Part shown: positions 17,748-25,080 of the stretch, in pieces | How the letters are laid out: every line of letters begins with the position of its first letter | Numbering within the stretch: the stretch's first letter is position 1 | Assembly (NCBI GenBank): GCA_964534375.1 | Contig: CAZHPN010000080.1 | Span: 1 to 25,080, forward strand | Direction: 5' to 3' | From: an uncultured bacterium | GTDB taxonomy: Bacteria > Lernaellota > Lernaellaia > Lernaellales > Lernaellaceae | DNA length: 25,080 bases | Program-made: the position numbers and the translations under genes | Notes under the pieces: generated by a model | The model's input: only the letters and a program-made list of their open reading frames with translations | What the model was told of the DNA's origin: nothing | Database searches by the model: none

Positions 17748-19412
17748 ATGAACAATCGGACTAACGATCTTCAGGAAATGGCGGCGGAGTTGGCGCAGCG
17801 CAACGAAGAATTGCGCAAAGAAGTCGAATCGCGCCGCCAACTCGAACAGGAATTGTTGCAAACCAAAGAGACGGCCGAGGCGGCCATCAAGACCCGGAGC
17901 GCTTTCCTCGCGGCCATGAGTCATGAGTTCCGCACGCCGTTGAATTCCATCCTCGGTTTCTCCGGACTGTTGCAGGAAAAGGCGCTCGGTCCGTTGACCG
18001 ACGAGCAAGCCGGTTATGTCGGCATGATCGCCAGCAGCGGACAACATTTGCTGCGGATGATTAACGACAGCCTGGATATTGCGCGCATCGAAGCGGGGAA
18101 AATGGAACTGACGGTTGCGGATTCGGACGTGGGCGCCCTGTTGCAGGAAACCATTTCGCTGATGAACAACGAAGCGGCGCTCAATTGCCTGAGTCTGCGG
18201 AGCGAAACCGCGCCAAACTTGGCGGGCGCCAGGCTGAAGGTCGACGAACGAAAAATCAAACAAATCCTGCTCAATTTGCTGTCGAACGCGATCAAGTTCA
18301 CGCCGGAAGGCGGCTCGGTCGTCGTCGCGAGCTGGCTTGCGGACGGCCAACTCGTGGTGCGGGTCAGCGACACCGGCATCGGCATCGACCCGAAGGACCA
18401 AGACCGCATCTTTGGCCAGTTCGAGCGAATCGAACAAGCCGACGGAAAAAACCGGCCGGGAACCGGGCTCGGCCTAGCCCTGACCCGCAAGCTGGTGGAA
18501 ATGCACGGGGGAAAAATCTCGCTCGTCAGCGAAGGCTTCATGAAAGGATGCGCTTTTACGTTCTCGATACCCGGTCAGGCTGCCGCGACTGCCGCAAAAC
18601 ATGTGCCGGCGCTTGCCGTCGAGTTGAATGTCGCGGAAGAACAAGTTCGGCAGTGCCAGGAATTTGGCAGGGACAAACCGCTGGTTTTGGTGGTCGAGGA
18701 CGACCGCAAATCCAGACAGCTTCTGGCCGAATACCTGCGGCTGGGCGGCTACGACACGGTATTTGCCGTCGACGGCGACGAAGGCGTGAGGCTGGCCCTG
18801 GAATACCGGCCGTGGGCGATCATCCTCGACTTCATCTTGCCGAAAAAGAACGGTCTGCAAGCGCTGGCGGAGATTCGCCGGCATCCGGAGACGCGCGAAA
18901 CGCCGGTCGTTTTCGTTTCGATGGCCGAACGGCACGAAGCGGCGTTCGCCTTGGGAGCGATCGAGTGGCTGGTCAAACCGGTGGCCCGACAGAGGCTCAA
19001 TGACGTGCTGGAACGGGCTGCCGCCGAGCGCGGCCATCCGCGGCTGAAGGTGCTAATCATCGACGGCGAAGAATCGCGGGATGGCCTGATCAACGCGGCC
19101 AAAGAGCGAAACTACGACGTACTTGACGCCTATAGCGGCCGGCATGGCGTCCAACTGGCAAGAGCCATCCGCACCGATTTCATTGTGGTCGATCTCTTTG
19201 CGCCGGAGATGGACGGGTTCGACGTGGTCGCAACGCTGCGCGGGGCCGCCGAGACCCGCGACATACCCATTGCCGTCTTCACTGATGCGGAACTTTCAGC
19301 CGAGGATAAAACGCGGCTGCTGCGATGCGCGCGGACCATCCTTCCCAAAGTTGCGAAGGAGCAATTGCTGGACGTGCTGCAGCAGACGTTTCAGGCGAAG
19401 AAAGCCAGATAG
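17748..19412 (+). CDS. Cytoplasmic hybrid histidine kinase (HisKA-HATPase-REC-REC)
   Basis: FLAAMSHEFRTPLNSI, QILLNLLSNAIKFT, DTGIGI and GTGLGL motifs, then two receiver domains (VVEDD...ILDFILP...KP; IID...VVDLFAPEMDG). No TM segment. GGAGG RBS. Confidence 0.92.
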   Translation: MNNRTNDLQEMAAELAQRNEELRKEVESRRQLEQELLQTKETAEAAIKTRSAFLAAMSHEFRTPLNSILGFSGLLQEKALGPLTDEQAGYVGMIASSGQHLLRMINDSLDIARIEAGKMELTVADSDVGALLQETISLMNNEAALNCLSLRSETAPNLAGARLKVDERKIKQILLNLLSNAIKFTPEGGSVVVASWLADGQLVVRVSDTGIGIDPKDQDRIFGQFERIEQADGKNRPGTGLGLALTRKLVEMHGGKISLVSEGFMKGCAFTFSIPGQAAATAAKHVPALAVELNVAEEQVRQCQEFGRDKPLVLVVEDDRKSRQLLAEYLRLGGYDTVFAVDGDEGVRLALEYRPWAIILDFILPKKNGLQALAEIRRHPETRETPVVFVSMAERHEAAFALGAIEWLVKPVARQRLNDVLERAAAERGHPRLKVLIIDGEESRDGLINAAKERNYDVLDAYSGRHGVQLARAIRTDFIVVDLFAPEMDGFDVVATLRGAAETRDIPIAVFTDAELSAEDKTRLLRCARTILPKVAKEQLLDVLQQTFQAKKAR

Positions 19413-19439
19413 GCGGTCTGCGACCGGCGCGGCGACCCC

Positions 19440-19564
19440 ATCATTTTGATCGATGTTGGATCATATTGATTGAGGCTAGCCAGCGCCCTGATCGGCCATT
19501 TTCCTCGGGGATTCCATTACATTCAGGCACTTACGTCAGGGCGCGAAACTGGCACGGCACGTGC
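19440..19564 (+). promoter_or_regulatory. sigma54 promoter cassette copy 8
   Basis: ATCATTTTGAT 19440-19450; ATCATATTGAT 19460-19470; GCACTTA 19527-19533; CTGGCACGGCACGTGC with GG 19551-52 and GC 19563-64. Confidence 0.9.
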
Positions 19565-19626
19565 GTCCCTTTACCGGCAGAAAGGCGTTTGCGGCCGGGG
19601 GCTGAAGCTCCGGCGCGAACGAATAA

Positions 19627-20088
19627 ATGATGGAAAACTGGCAACTCACACTGCTCATCCTGGGCTCCGTGTTCGTCGGGGCATTGATTCCGATCTTCGT
19701 CATGATCGCCATCGCGGTCTATCGCGGCAGCAAAGAAATTTCGAACATCGGCGCACAGCTCGCGCGGACGATGACCCACGTCGAAACGATATCCGATCGC
19801 ATCGAGACGTTGAGTCTGGGCCTCAAGGGCGGGGAAACGAACGTCGCGGACGTTCTGACCTCCGTCGGCGCCGTGGCCCGCGGCCTCGAACGAAACATGA
19901 AAATCATCAATATTGTCTCGGCGATCCTGACCTCGGTCGAGCCGGCCATCGCCGCTTTCATTAAAACGCGATTCCCGACGGAAGAAACCGGAAAACCTCG
20001 CGCGCCCGCCGTCGCCGCGGTCCCTGACAACGGACATCCCGTGGCCCCGACCGTTGTGTCGCCGAAGAAAACGAAGGACGTAGCGTAG
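19627..20088 (+). CDS. Membrane-anchored helical protein (DUF948/YoxC-like architecture)
   Basis: An N-terminal TM helix is followed by amphipathic heptad-like helices. The family assignment rests on architecture only. Confidence 0.6.
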   Translation: MMENWQLTLLILGSVFVGALIPIFVMIAIAVYRGSKEISNIGAQLARTMTHVETISDRIETLSLGLKGGETNVADVLTSVGAVARGLERNMKIINIVSAILTSVEPAIAAFIKTRFPTEETGKPRAPAVAAVPDNGHPVAPTVVSPKKTKDVA

Positions 20089-20104
20089 CGGAAAGCAGCA
20101 AGCG

Positions 20105-21196
20105 ATGACCGAACAAGACAAATTCCACCCCGCGACGCGCCTCCTGGTCATTGCCGCGGCGATTGTGTTCCTCATCTGGGGCATCAGCCAGGCGCAGGCG
20201 GTCTTGGTGTCGTTTCTGGTCTCGGTTTTTCTGGCGATTCTCGCGACGCCGCCGGTGTTCTGGCTCGAACGAAAACGCGTGCCCGTCGTCGTCGCCGTCA
20301 TGATCGTCGTGGCCGGCATGGTCTTTTTCCTCGCGGCGATCGGCGCCGTGGTCGGCACGTCGATCAACAGTTTTTACGCGGCGCTGCCGCAGTACCAAAC
20401 GCGCATCCAAGAACAGGTGGCGGCCTTCACGGTGTTTTTGGCGAGCCACCGCATCGCGCCCCCCGGGAAACTCTTGGCCGACTACGTCAACCCGGGGGCG
20501 ATCATGAACCTGACTGCCGGCCTCTTCCGGCGACTGGGCTCGGCGTTTTCCAATATTGTGCTGATCATGCTGACGGTGACCTTCATTCTGCTGGAAGCCG
20601 CCAGCTTCCCGGTCAAACTGCGCGCGGTCCTGGGCGATCCGAAGCAAGTATTTCCGCAGTTCACCAAATTCGCCGACGACATGAAACGCTACATGGTCAT
20701 CAAGACTCTGATCAGTCTGGCCACGGGAATTCTGGTCGCCATCTGGTTGACCATCCTGCGGGTGGATTTCCCCATTCTCTGGGGCTTTCTGGCGTTTCTG
20801 CTCAATTACGTCCCGAGCATCGGCTCGACGATCGCCGCCGTTCCGGCGGTCCTTCTTACCTTTGTCGAACTCGGCTTCTGGAGGGCCGGCGTCGCCGCTT
20901 GCGGATATGTGGTGATCAATATGGGGCTGGAATATGGCGTGGAGAAGAGGCTGATGAGCCGGAAACTCGGCCTTTCCACGTTGGTAATTTTTCTTTCGTT
21001 GATTTTTTGGGGGAGCCTGTTGGGGCCGATCGGCGCGGTGGTGTGCGTGCCGCTCACCATGACGCTGAAGTTCGCCTTTGAGAGCAGCGAAAGCACACAG
21101 TGGATCGCCGTTTTGCTCGGGCCGGAGCAGGTGGCGGAGAAAATATCGCCGACGCCGAAAAAGCGGATTCGTTTGCACAAAGCGAAAGTCGCTTGA
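20105..21196 (+). CDS. AI-2E family transporter
   Basis: Multi-TM protein with RYMVIKTLISLATG, LWGFLAFLLNYVPSIGS, LGLSTLVIFLSLIFWGSLLGPIGA and VPLT motifs. Confidence 0.92.
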   Translation: MTEQDKFHPATRLLVIAAAIVFLIWGISQAQAVLVSFLVSVFLAILATPPVFWLERKRVPVVVAVMIVVAGMVFFLAAIGAVVGTSINSFYAALPQYQTRIQEQVAAFTVFLASHRIAPPGKLLADYVNPGAIMNLTAGLFRRLGSAFSNIVLIMLTVTFILLEAASFPVKLRAVLGDPKQVFPQFTKFADDMKRYMVIKTLISLATGILVAIWLTILRVDFPILWGFLAFLLNYVPSIGSTIAAVPAVLLTFVELGFWRAGVAACGYVVINMGLEYGVEKRLMSRKLGLSTLVIFLSLIFWGSLLGPIGAVVCVPLTMTLKFAFESSESTQWIAVLLGPEQVAEKISPTPKKRIRLHKAKVA

Positions 21197-21237
21197 GGCC
21201 GGGCGCTGGGTCGAAACACGTTGGCAAGGAGAAGAAG

Positions 21238-21600
21238 ATGAAAGGCAATAATCACGAAAAGAACCTCGATGCGCTCAACGCCGGCATCGCGAAATCCCGC
21301 GAGGAAATCGCCGCGCTGACCGCCGGGTTGCAGAAACTCGAGGAATCGAAAATCGACGCACCCGCGGTCGACGCGGAGCGCCCGCCCGAGCGGCCGGTCA
21401 ACGGCGAACGGCACGACGGCGCCTGGGCGGGCTTTTGGCAAAAGCTCGACGCCGTCGAGGCCCGCGGCGAAAAGGTCGCCAAGGGCCTTGCGGTGGAAAT
21501 CCAGCGGCATCCGTTGATCGGCGGCGCGGCGGCCTTCGGCCTCGGCTTCGCGATCGCCAAGCTGCTGTTCAAGAGAGGCAAGAAGGTCTCCGCGCAATGA
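21238..21600 (+). CDS. Tail-anchored protein with an ElaB/YqjD/DUF883-like C-terminus
   Basis: AAGGAG RBS. A coiled-coil N-terminus precedes IQRHPLIGGAAAFGLGFAIAKLLFKR. Confidence 0.75.
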   Translation: MKGNNHEKNLDALNAGIAKSREEIAALTAGLQKLEESKIDAPAVDAERPPERPVNGERHDGAWAGFWQKLDAVEARGEKVAKGLAVEIQRHPLIGGAAAFGLGFAIAKLLFKRGKKVSAQ

Positions 21601-22631
21601 AAACGATGCTGCCAAGGCTTATGTGGGGCGGCCTGATCGCGGTGGCCGCACTGTCGTTCGTGCAGCTCGGTTGCGCGTCGATGATGAACGACGCCGCGAA
21701 AGGGGCCGTGCCCGGCATGGTGTCCGGCGTCGCCGAGGGGCTCGCGGATCCCAACAACCAGCGCCTGTTGCTCTCGTCGGTCGACGAAGGCCGCGTGAAG
21801 ACGGCCAGCGCCCGCTTGAGCGCCGGCTTCATGGACGGCGTGCTGGATACGCTGGAAAATCCGACGCGGCGGAAACGGATCGAGACCGTTTTGAACGGTC
21901 TGACCACGATGGTCGCCGGCACGGCGGTGGACTCGGTGTTCGCGCGGGTTTTCGACGAGAAACTTCAGGGGCGCATGCGGCTCGCCATGCGGCAAGACGT
22001 AGCCGAACTCATCGGCACGGTGTTCGATGCGGTCGGCGCCAACGCGGGAACTTCCGAGGAACGGACCGCCGCCATCAGCGGCGTGGTTCATGACATCGCC
22101 AAACAAGCGACGCTCGGCTTCCAGGATGCGCTCGACGAAACGCGCCGCGATCGCGTCAGCGGCGCGATGCCGAAAGCGGACGGGGCGCTGGTCATCGGCG
22201 CGAACAACGCGTCGCGCACCGGCACGCGAATTCTGTGGACGCTGGGTATTGGATTGGGCGCCATCGTTCTCGCACTGGCAGTCACGTTGGTCGTGATTGG
22301 CCTCAGGAGTCGAGCGCGTCGGTCCGAATTGGCGGAACGCGACGATGCGCTCAACTTGCTGACGGAAGCGATCAAAACGACGTCCAGTCGACCGGGCGCC
22401 GGCGAGCTTTATGCGGCGCTGAACACGTCGCTGCGCGATCGGGCGGGCGGCGAACGCATCCGCAAAGCGCTCGGCGACTTGACCCTGGCGAAGAGCATTC
22501 TCGGCGAGGACCCGCCGGCCGCCGCAAGCCGTGACGTCGAACCGCAACCGACCGCGCACCGAAACGGGCGGCGGCGGATCGTCCGCGCCCGGCGCGGCGT
22601 CTTGCGCGAATCGCGGAAGAATCCGGCGTGA
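21597..22631 (+). CDS. Hypothetical helical lipoprotein with a further TM segment near the C-terminus
   Basis: ATGA overlap with the previous gene, signal peptide ending QLGC, and TM segment ILWTLGIGLGAIVLALAVTLVVIGL. Confidence 0.7.
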   Translation: MKTMLPRLMWGGLIAVAALSFVQLGCASMMNDAAKGAVPGMVSGVAEGLADPNNQRLLLSSVDEGRVKTASARLSAGFMDGVLDTLENPTRRKRIETVLNGLTTMVAGTAVDSVFARVFDEKLQGRMRLAMRQDVAELIGTVFDAVGANAGTSEERTAAISGVVHDIAKQATLGFQDALDETRRDRVSGAMPKADGALVIGANNASRTGTRILWTLGIGLGAIVLALAVTLVVIGLRSRARRSELAERDDALNLLTEAIKTTSSRPGAGELYAALNTSLRDRAGGERIRKALGDLTLAKSILGEDPPAAASRDVEPQPTAHRNGRRRIVRARRGVLRESRKNPA

Positions 22632-22697
22632 AAGCGATCGGCATCGTGGGGGCAACCGCCGTCCGGCGCATTTTGCCTTCCGCGCGAGCGGCGGCCC

Positions 22698-22721
22698 GTC
22701 GTTTTGATCGATGATGGATCA
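22698..22721 (+). promoter_or_regulatory. Truncated cassette remnant (UAS1, spacer and half of UAS2)
   Basis: GTCGTTTTGAT-CGATGATGG-ATCA, after which similarity stops. No GCACTTA or -24/-12 follows. Confidence 0.7.
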
Positions 22722-22751
22722 GTCGAAAGGCCGAGCCGTTCGGCGCAACTC

Positions 22752-22795
22752 GCTTTTCGCCGGGGTGTCTTTTGGCCGGTTCGCTTGCCGCCGAT
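22752..22795. repeat. Imperfect direct-repeat copy of the bEBP gene 3' end (24647-24691)
   Basis: GCTTTTCGCCGGGGtgtctttt-GGCCGGTTCGCTTGccgccGAT versus GCTTTTCGCCGGGGcgctttttcGGCCGGTTCGCTTGgcggcGAT; 39 of 45 positions match by manual alignment. Confidence 0.8.
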
Positions 22796-22804
22796 TGGGC
22801 GTTT

Positions 22805-23101
22805 TCAATTGTTGCAACCAAGCGTCAAAAGAATGCGGTCGATGTCGGACAAGTTCCCGACGATCGTCGCGCGCCCGCGCGGTCCCTCCACGAGCAGCGT
22901 CGGCGTCACGAGGACGTTGTTGTCCAAAGCGGTCTGAAAGTCTTCCACGACGTCCACGATCGTGATCGTGGCGGTTCCGTCGCGCAGGTACTCCGCGCAA
23001 ATGTGACGAAGGTTTTCCCGCGCCAGCGCCGAATTGGTTTCGTCCCCCGCCACGAACAACATGAAGCGATAAGGGATGGGCTGCGCCATTCTGCTCATCA
23101 T
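22805..23101 (-). CDS. kaiB: KaiB family protein
   Basis: YRFMLFVAG...NS..A.ENL..IC..YL...IVDV...A....VLVTPTLL.......IVGNLSD. Overlaps the kaiC stop. Confidence 0.9.
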   Translation of the reverse strand: MMSRMAQPIPYRFMLFVAGDETNSALARENLRHICAEYLRDGTATITIVDVVEDFQTALDNNVLVTPTLLVEGPRGRATIVGNLSDIDRILLTLGCNN

Positions 23102-24606
23102 CGACCTCCCGACGCCTTGGGCGCCCGGCCCGGGCGCTTGGACGGCGAATTTGCCGCCAACATCTTCCGGGAAGCAAGTTTGATGCCATTATCGGTGATG
23201 CAAAGGTCATGGATCCACGGAGAATGCTTGCTGCCCCGGGCCTTCAGCACCACCAGCGACCGGTGCAGTTCGTCCTGGGCCGCTTCGAACCACAACTGGA
23301 TGACGGTGTCCACCAACGAGGAGAAGCCAATTCCGCTCAGGTCCTCGCCGACGGCGGAGCCTTGCATCTGGTTGGTGAGCACGCAAGTGATGCCGCGTTC
23401 TTTGCAGGCGGTCACCAACCGCATGAGGTAATCGAACGCCGCCTTCCCCGTACCCATGCGCGCGCAGGCCGAAATTGCGTCGACCACCACGTGCTCCGGT
23501 TGCAACGACTTGATCGCTTGCAAGTCGTGGAACAGGTGGTCGTCCGATCCCATGCTTTCGGGCAACCGGGAGACGATTTTCAGGCAGCCGGCGCTCAGGG
23601 CGGATCGCAATTTGATGCCGGAACTTCGGACGGCCGCTTCCAGCGCTTCCGGCGATTCCTCGTAGCTGATGTAAAGCGATTTCTCACCCCGGGCGCAGGC
23701 CGCTTGCACGTGCGTGCAGGCGATGGTGGTTTTTCCCGCGCCGCTGGATCCGGCGATCAGGACGCACGCGCCGCGCCGGTGTCCGCCGCCGAGGGCCGTG
23801 TCCAAATCGGCGTTTCCCGTGGATTGATACGCGCCCAGCGGCCGATGCGCGAGCTGCGCCGACGCGATTGGGACCAGGGAAATGCCGGTGGCGCCGATCA
23901 CGTAGGGATATTCATTCGAGCCGAAAGCGGAACCTCGATATTTGAGGACGCGCAGGCGGCGAGTGCTGACCTGGTCCGACACCCGATGATCGAGCCGGAT
24001 GACGCAGTCCGCCATGTAATCGAGAAAACCGAAGCGCGTGGACATATCGGGATCATCGTTCGACTTGACGGATAAGAGAGCCGTGATTCTTTTTTCGTCG
24101 AGCCACTCATGAAGGGAATTCAGTTCGTCGCGGGCGCGCGCCGTATCGTCAAAACGACGCATCAGGATGTCGATGGCGTCGATGACCAATTGCCTGGCGC
24201 CCATGGCCTTGGATTTCCCATCGATGATGGCCATCAGGGCGTTCAAGGAGAAGGGGCCGGCCGTCACGGCCGCCGGGTCCATCTTGGCGTGGTAGATGAA
24301 CAACAGCCCCTTTTCTTCCAGGGCCGGAAAATCCCAGCCCAGAGTCGCCGCGTTTTCGCGGACGGCCGCCGCGCTTTCCTCGAAGGTGACGAAGATCCCC
24401 GGCGTGCCTTTCAGGGCGCTGTAGTACAGGAATTGCAGGGCAAAAAGAGTTTTGCCGGAGCCCGGTCCGCCTTTCAGCATCGTCGTTCGGCCATCCGGGT
24501 ACCCGCCGCCGAGCACCTCTTCCAAACCATCGACGCCGGCATTGAGCTTCGCCAGGCGCGTGGATTGGAAAATGGAATTCGCGGGGACCTCTTTCTCTTT
24601 GCCCAT
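23098..24606 (-). CDS. kaiC: KaiC family double-domain ATPase
   Basis: Two RecA-like domains with Walker A motifs GGPGSGKT and GSSGAGKT, catalytic FEES and YEES, RRLRVLKYRGS and VLKARGS, and phosphosite segment FSSLVDT. AGGAGG RBS before the ATG at 24606. Confidence 0.93.
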   Translation of the reverse strand: MGKEKEVPANSIFQSTRLAKLNAGVDGLEEVLGGGYPDGRTTMLKGGPGSGKTLFALQFLYYSALKGTPGIFVTFEESAAAVRENAATLGWDFPALEEKGLLFIYHAKMDPAAVTAGPFSLNALMAIIDGKSKAMGARQLVIDAIDILMRRFDDTARARDELNSLHEWLDEKRITALLSVKSNDDPDMSTRFGFLDYMADCVIRLDHRVSDQVSTRRLRVLKYRGSAFGSNEYPYVIGATGISLVPIASAQLAHRPLGAYQSTGNADLDTALGGGHRRGACVLIAGSSGAGKTTIACTHVQAACARGEKSLYISYEESPEALEAAVRSSGIKLRSALSAGCLKIVSRLPESMGSDDHLFHDLQAIKSLQPEHVVVDAISACARMGTGKAAFDYLMRLVTACKERGITCVLTNQMQGSAVGEDLSGIGFSSLVDTVIQLWFEAAQDELHRSLVVLKARGSKHSPWIHDLCITDNGIKLASRKMLAANSPSKRPGRAPKASGGR

Positions 24607-24643
24607 GGTCAACCTCCTGACAGAAGCACCCGATGCGGTGCAC

Positions 24644-25080
24644 TCAGCTTTTCGCCGGGGCGCTTTTTCGGCCGGTTCGCTTGGCGGCGATCCCGCCGTA
24701 ACTTTTGAGCTTCCGGTACAGTGTCGCCGAGCCGATGCCGAGTTGCTCGGCCGTGCGCGTCTGATTGCCGCCGTTGCGGTCGAGCACCGCCATAATGTAG
24801 TCCTTTTCGACGACGTCGAGCGTCTTCACACCGCCTGAAGTCGACGGGAACGGCATCGCCTGCCGGACCTCCTCGGGCAAATCGTCGAGGTCCGTGCGGG
24901 TGACTCGCGAGAGCGCGACCGCGCGTTCCATGGCGTTCTGGAGTTCGCGCACATTGCCCGGCCAGTCGTACCGCAAGAGTTGATCCGCGGCGCGCGGCGA
25001 CAGCCCGGTGACCGGACGCTTCAGGCGCAACGCCGCCTCGGCCAGCAGGATGCGAGCGAGCGGCAGGATGTCGTCGCGGC
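24644..25080 (-). CDS. sigma54-dependent activator (bEBP), C-terminal AAA+ lid and Fis-type HTH; 5' part outside the window
   Basis: RDDILPLA...YDWPGNVRELQNAMERA...TLDVVEKDYIMAVL...GGNQTRTAEQLGIGSATLYRKLK. The frame is open to the window edge. Confidence 0.93.
   Translation of the reverse strand, partial: RDDILPLARILLAEAALRLKRPVTGLSPRAADQLLRYDWPGNVRELQNAMERAVALSRVTRTDLDDLPEEVRQAMPFPSTSGGVKTLDVVEKDYIMAVLDRNGGNQTRTAEQLGIGSATLYRKLKSYGGIAAKRTGRKSAPAKS

Noticed and set aside
4651..19964. ORF-track starts or ORFs overlapping promoter cassettes or leaders (4651, 6318, 8589, 8720, 13233, 19470)
   Set aside because: They run through regulatory or leader DNA. Downstream starts (4915, 6438, 8840, 13388, 19627), most with a clear RBS, give recognisable proteins.
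203..22721. Recurrent TCATTTTGATCGATG.TGGATCATATTGAT as CRISPR repeats or integron attC sites
   Set aside because: Copies are kilobases apart, with no cas or integrase gene and no attC R''/R' (RYYYAAC/GTTRRRY) ends. Each full copy is tied at a fixed distance to a sigma54 box, which fits an enhancer.
294..24708. Many long antisense or alternate-frame ORFs (e.g. 1338-2384, 2151-3263, 9045-10238, 19961-21178, 21252-22655)
   Set aside because: These are shadows of well-supported genes in high-GC DNA, mostly Arg/Ala/Pro-rich and without recognisable motifs.
1..25080. The left (N-terminal) and right (C-terminal) bEBP fragments being one gene on a circular element
   Set aside because: Joined directly they give only about 210 aa and lack V4R and the AAA+ core. 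They are treated as two genes unless the assembly shows otherwise.

Overview
GC-rich bacterial window organised as a co-oriented array of transcription units. Eight of them start with the same ~125-bp cassette: two ATCA-N3-TGAT palindromes exactly 20 bp apart, an IHF-like box ending GCACTTA, and a sigma54 -24/-12 promoter whose GG starts exactly 24 bp after the start of GCACTTA. A ninth sigma54 promoter has an inverted palindrome pair, and one truncated cassette is also present. Sigma54 enhancer-binding protein (bEBP) genes run off both edges. On the left is a divergent XylR_N-type gene missed by the ORF track, and on the right an AAA+/Fis-HTH C-terminus directly upstream of kaiC-kaiB. The cargo resembles a general-stress/envelope set: truncated GlgC, a receiver protein, MscS, STAS, DUF3309-like and ElaB/DUF883-like proteins, an AI-2E transporter, MlaE/F/D plus a PqiC-like lipoprotein, a DUF3494 ice-binding lipoprotein, a repeat beta-propeller lipoprotein and a hybrid kinase. 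An AT-richer ATPase+HNH (Septu-like) pair in the opposite orientation splits the mla operon. One Pro/Thr-rich lipoprotein carries an apparent nonsense mutation. Protein calls are by-eye motif recognition; no searches were run.
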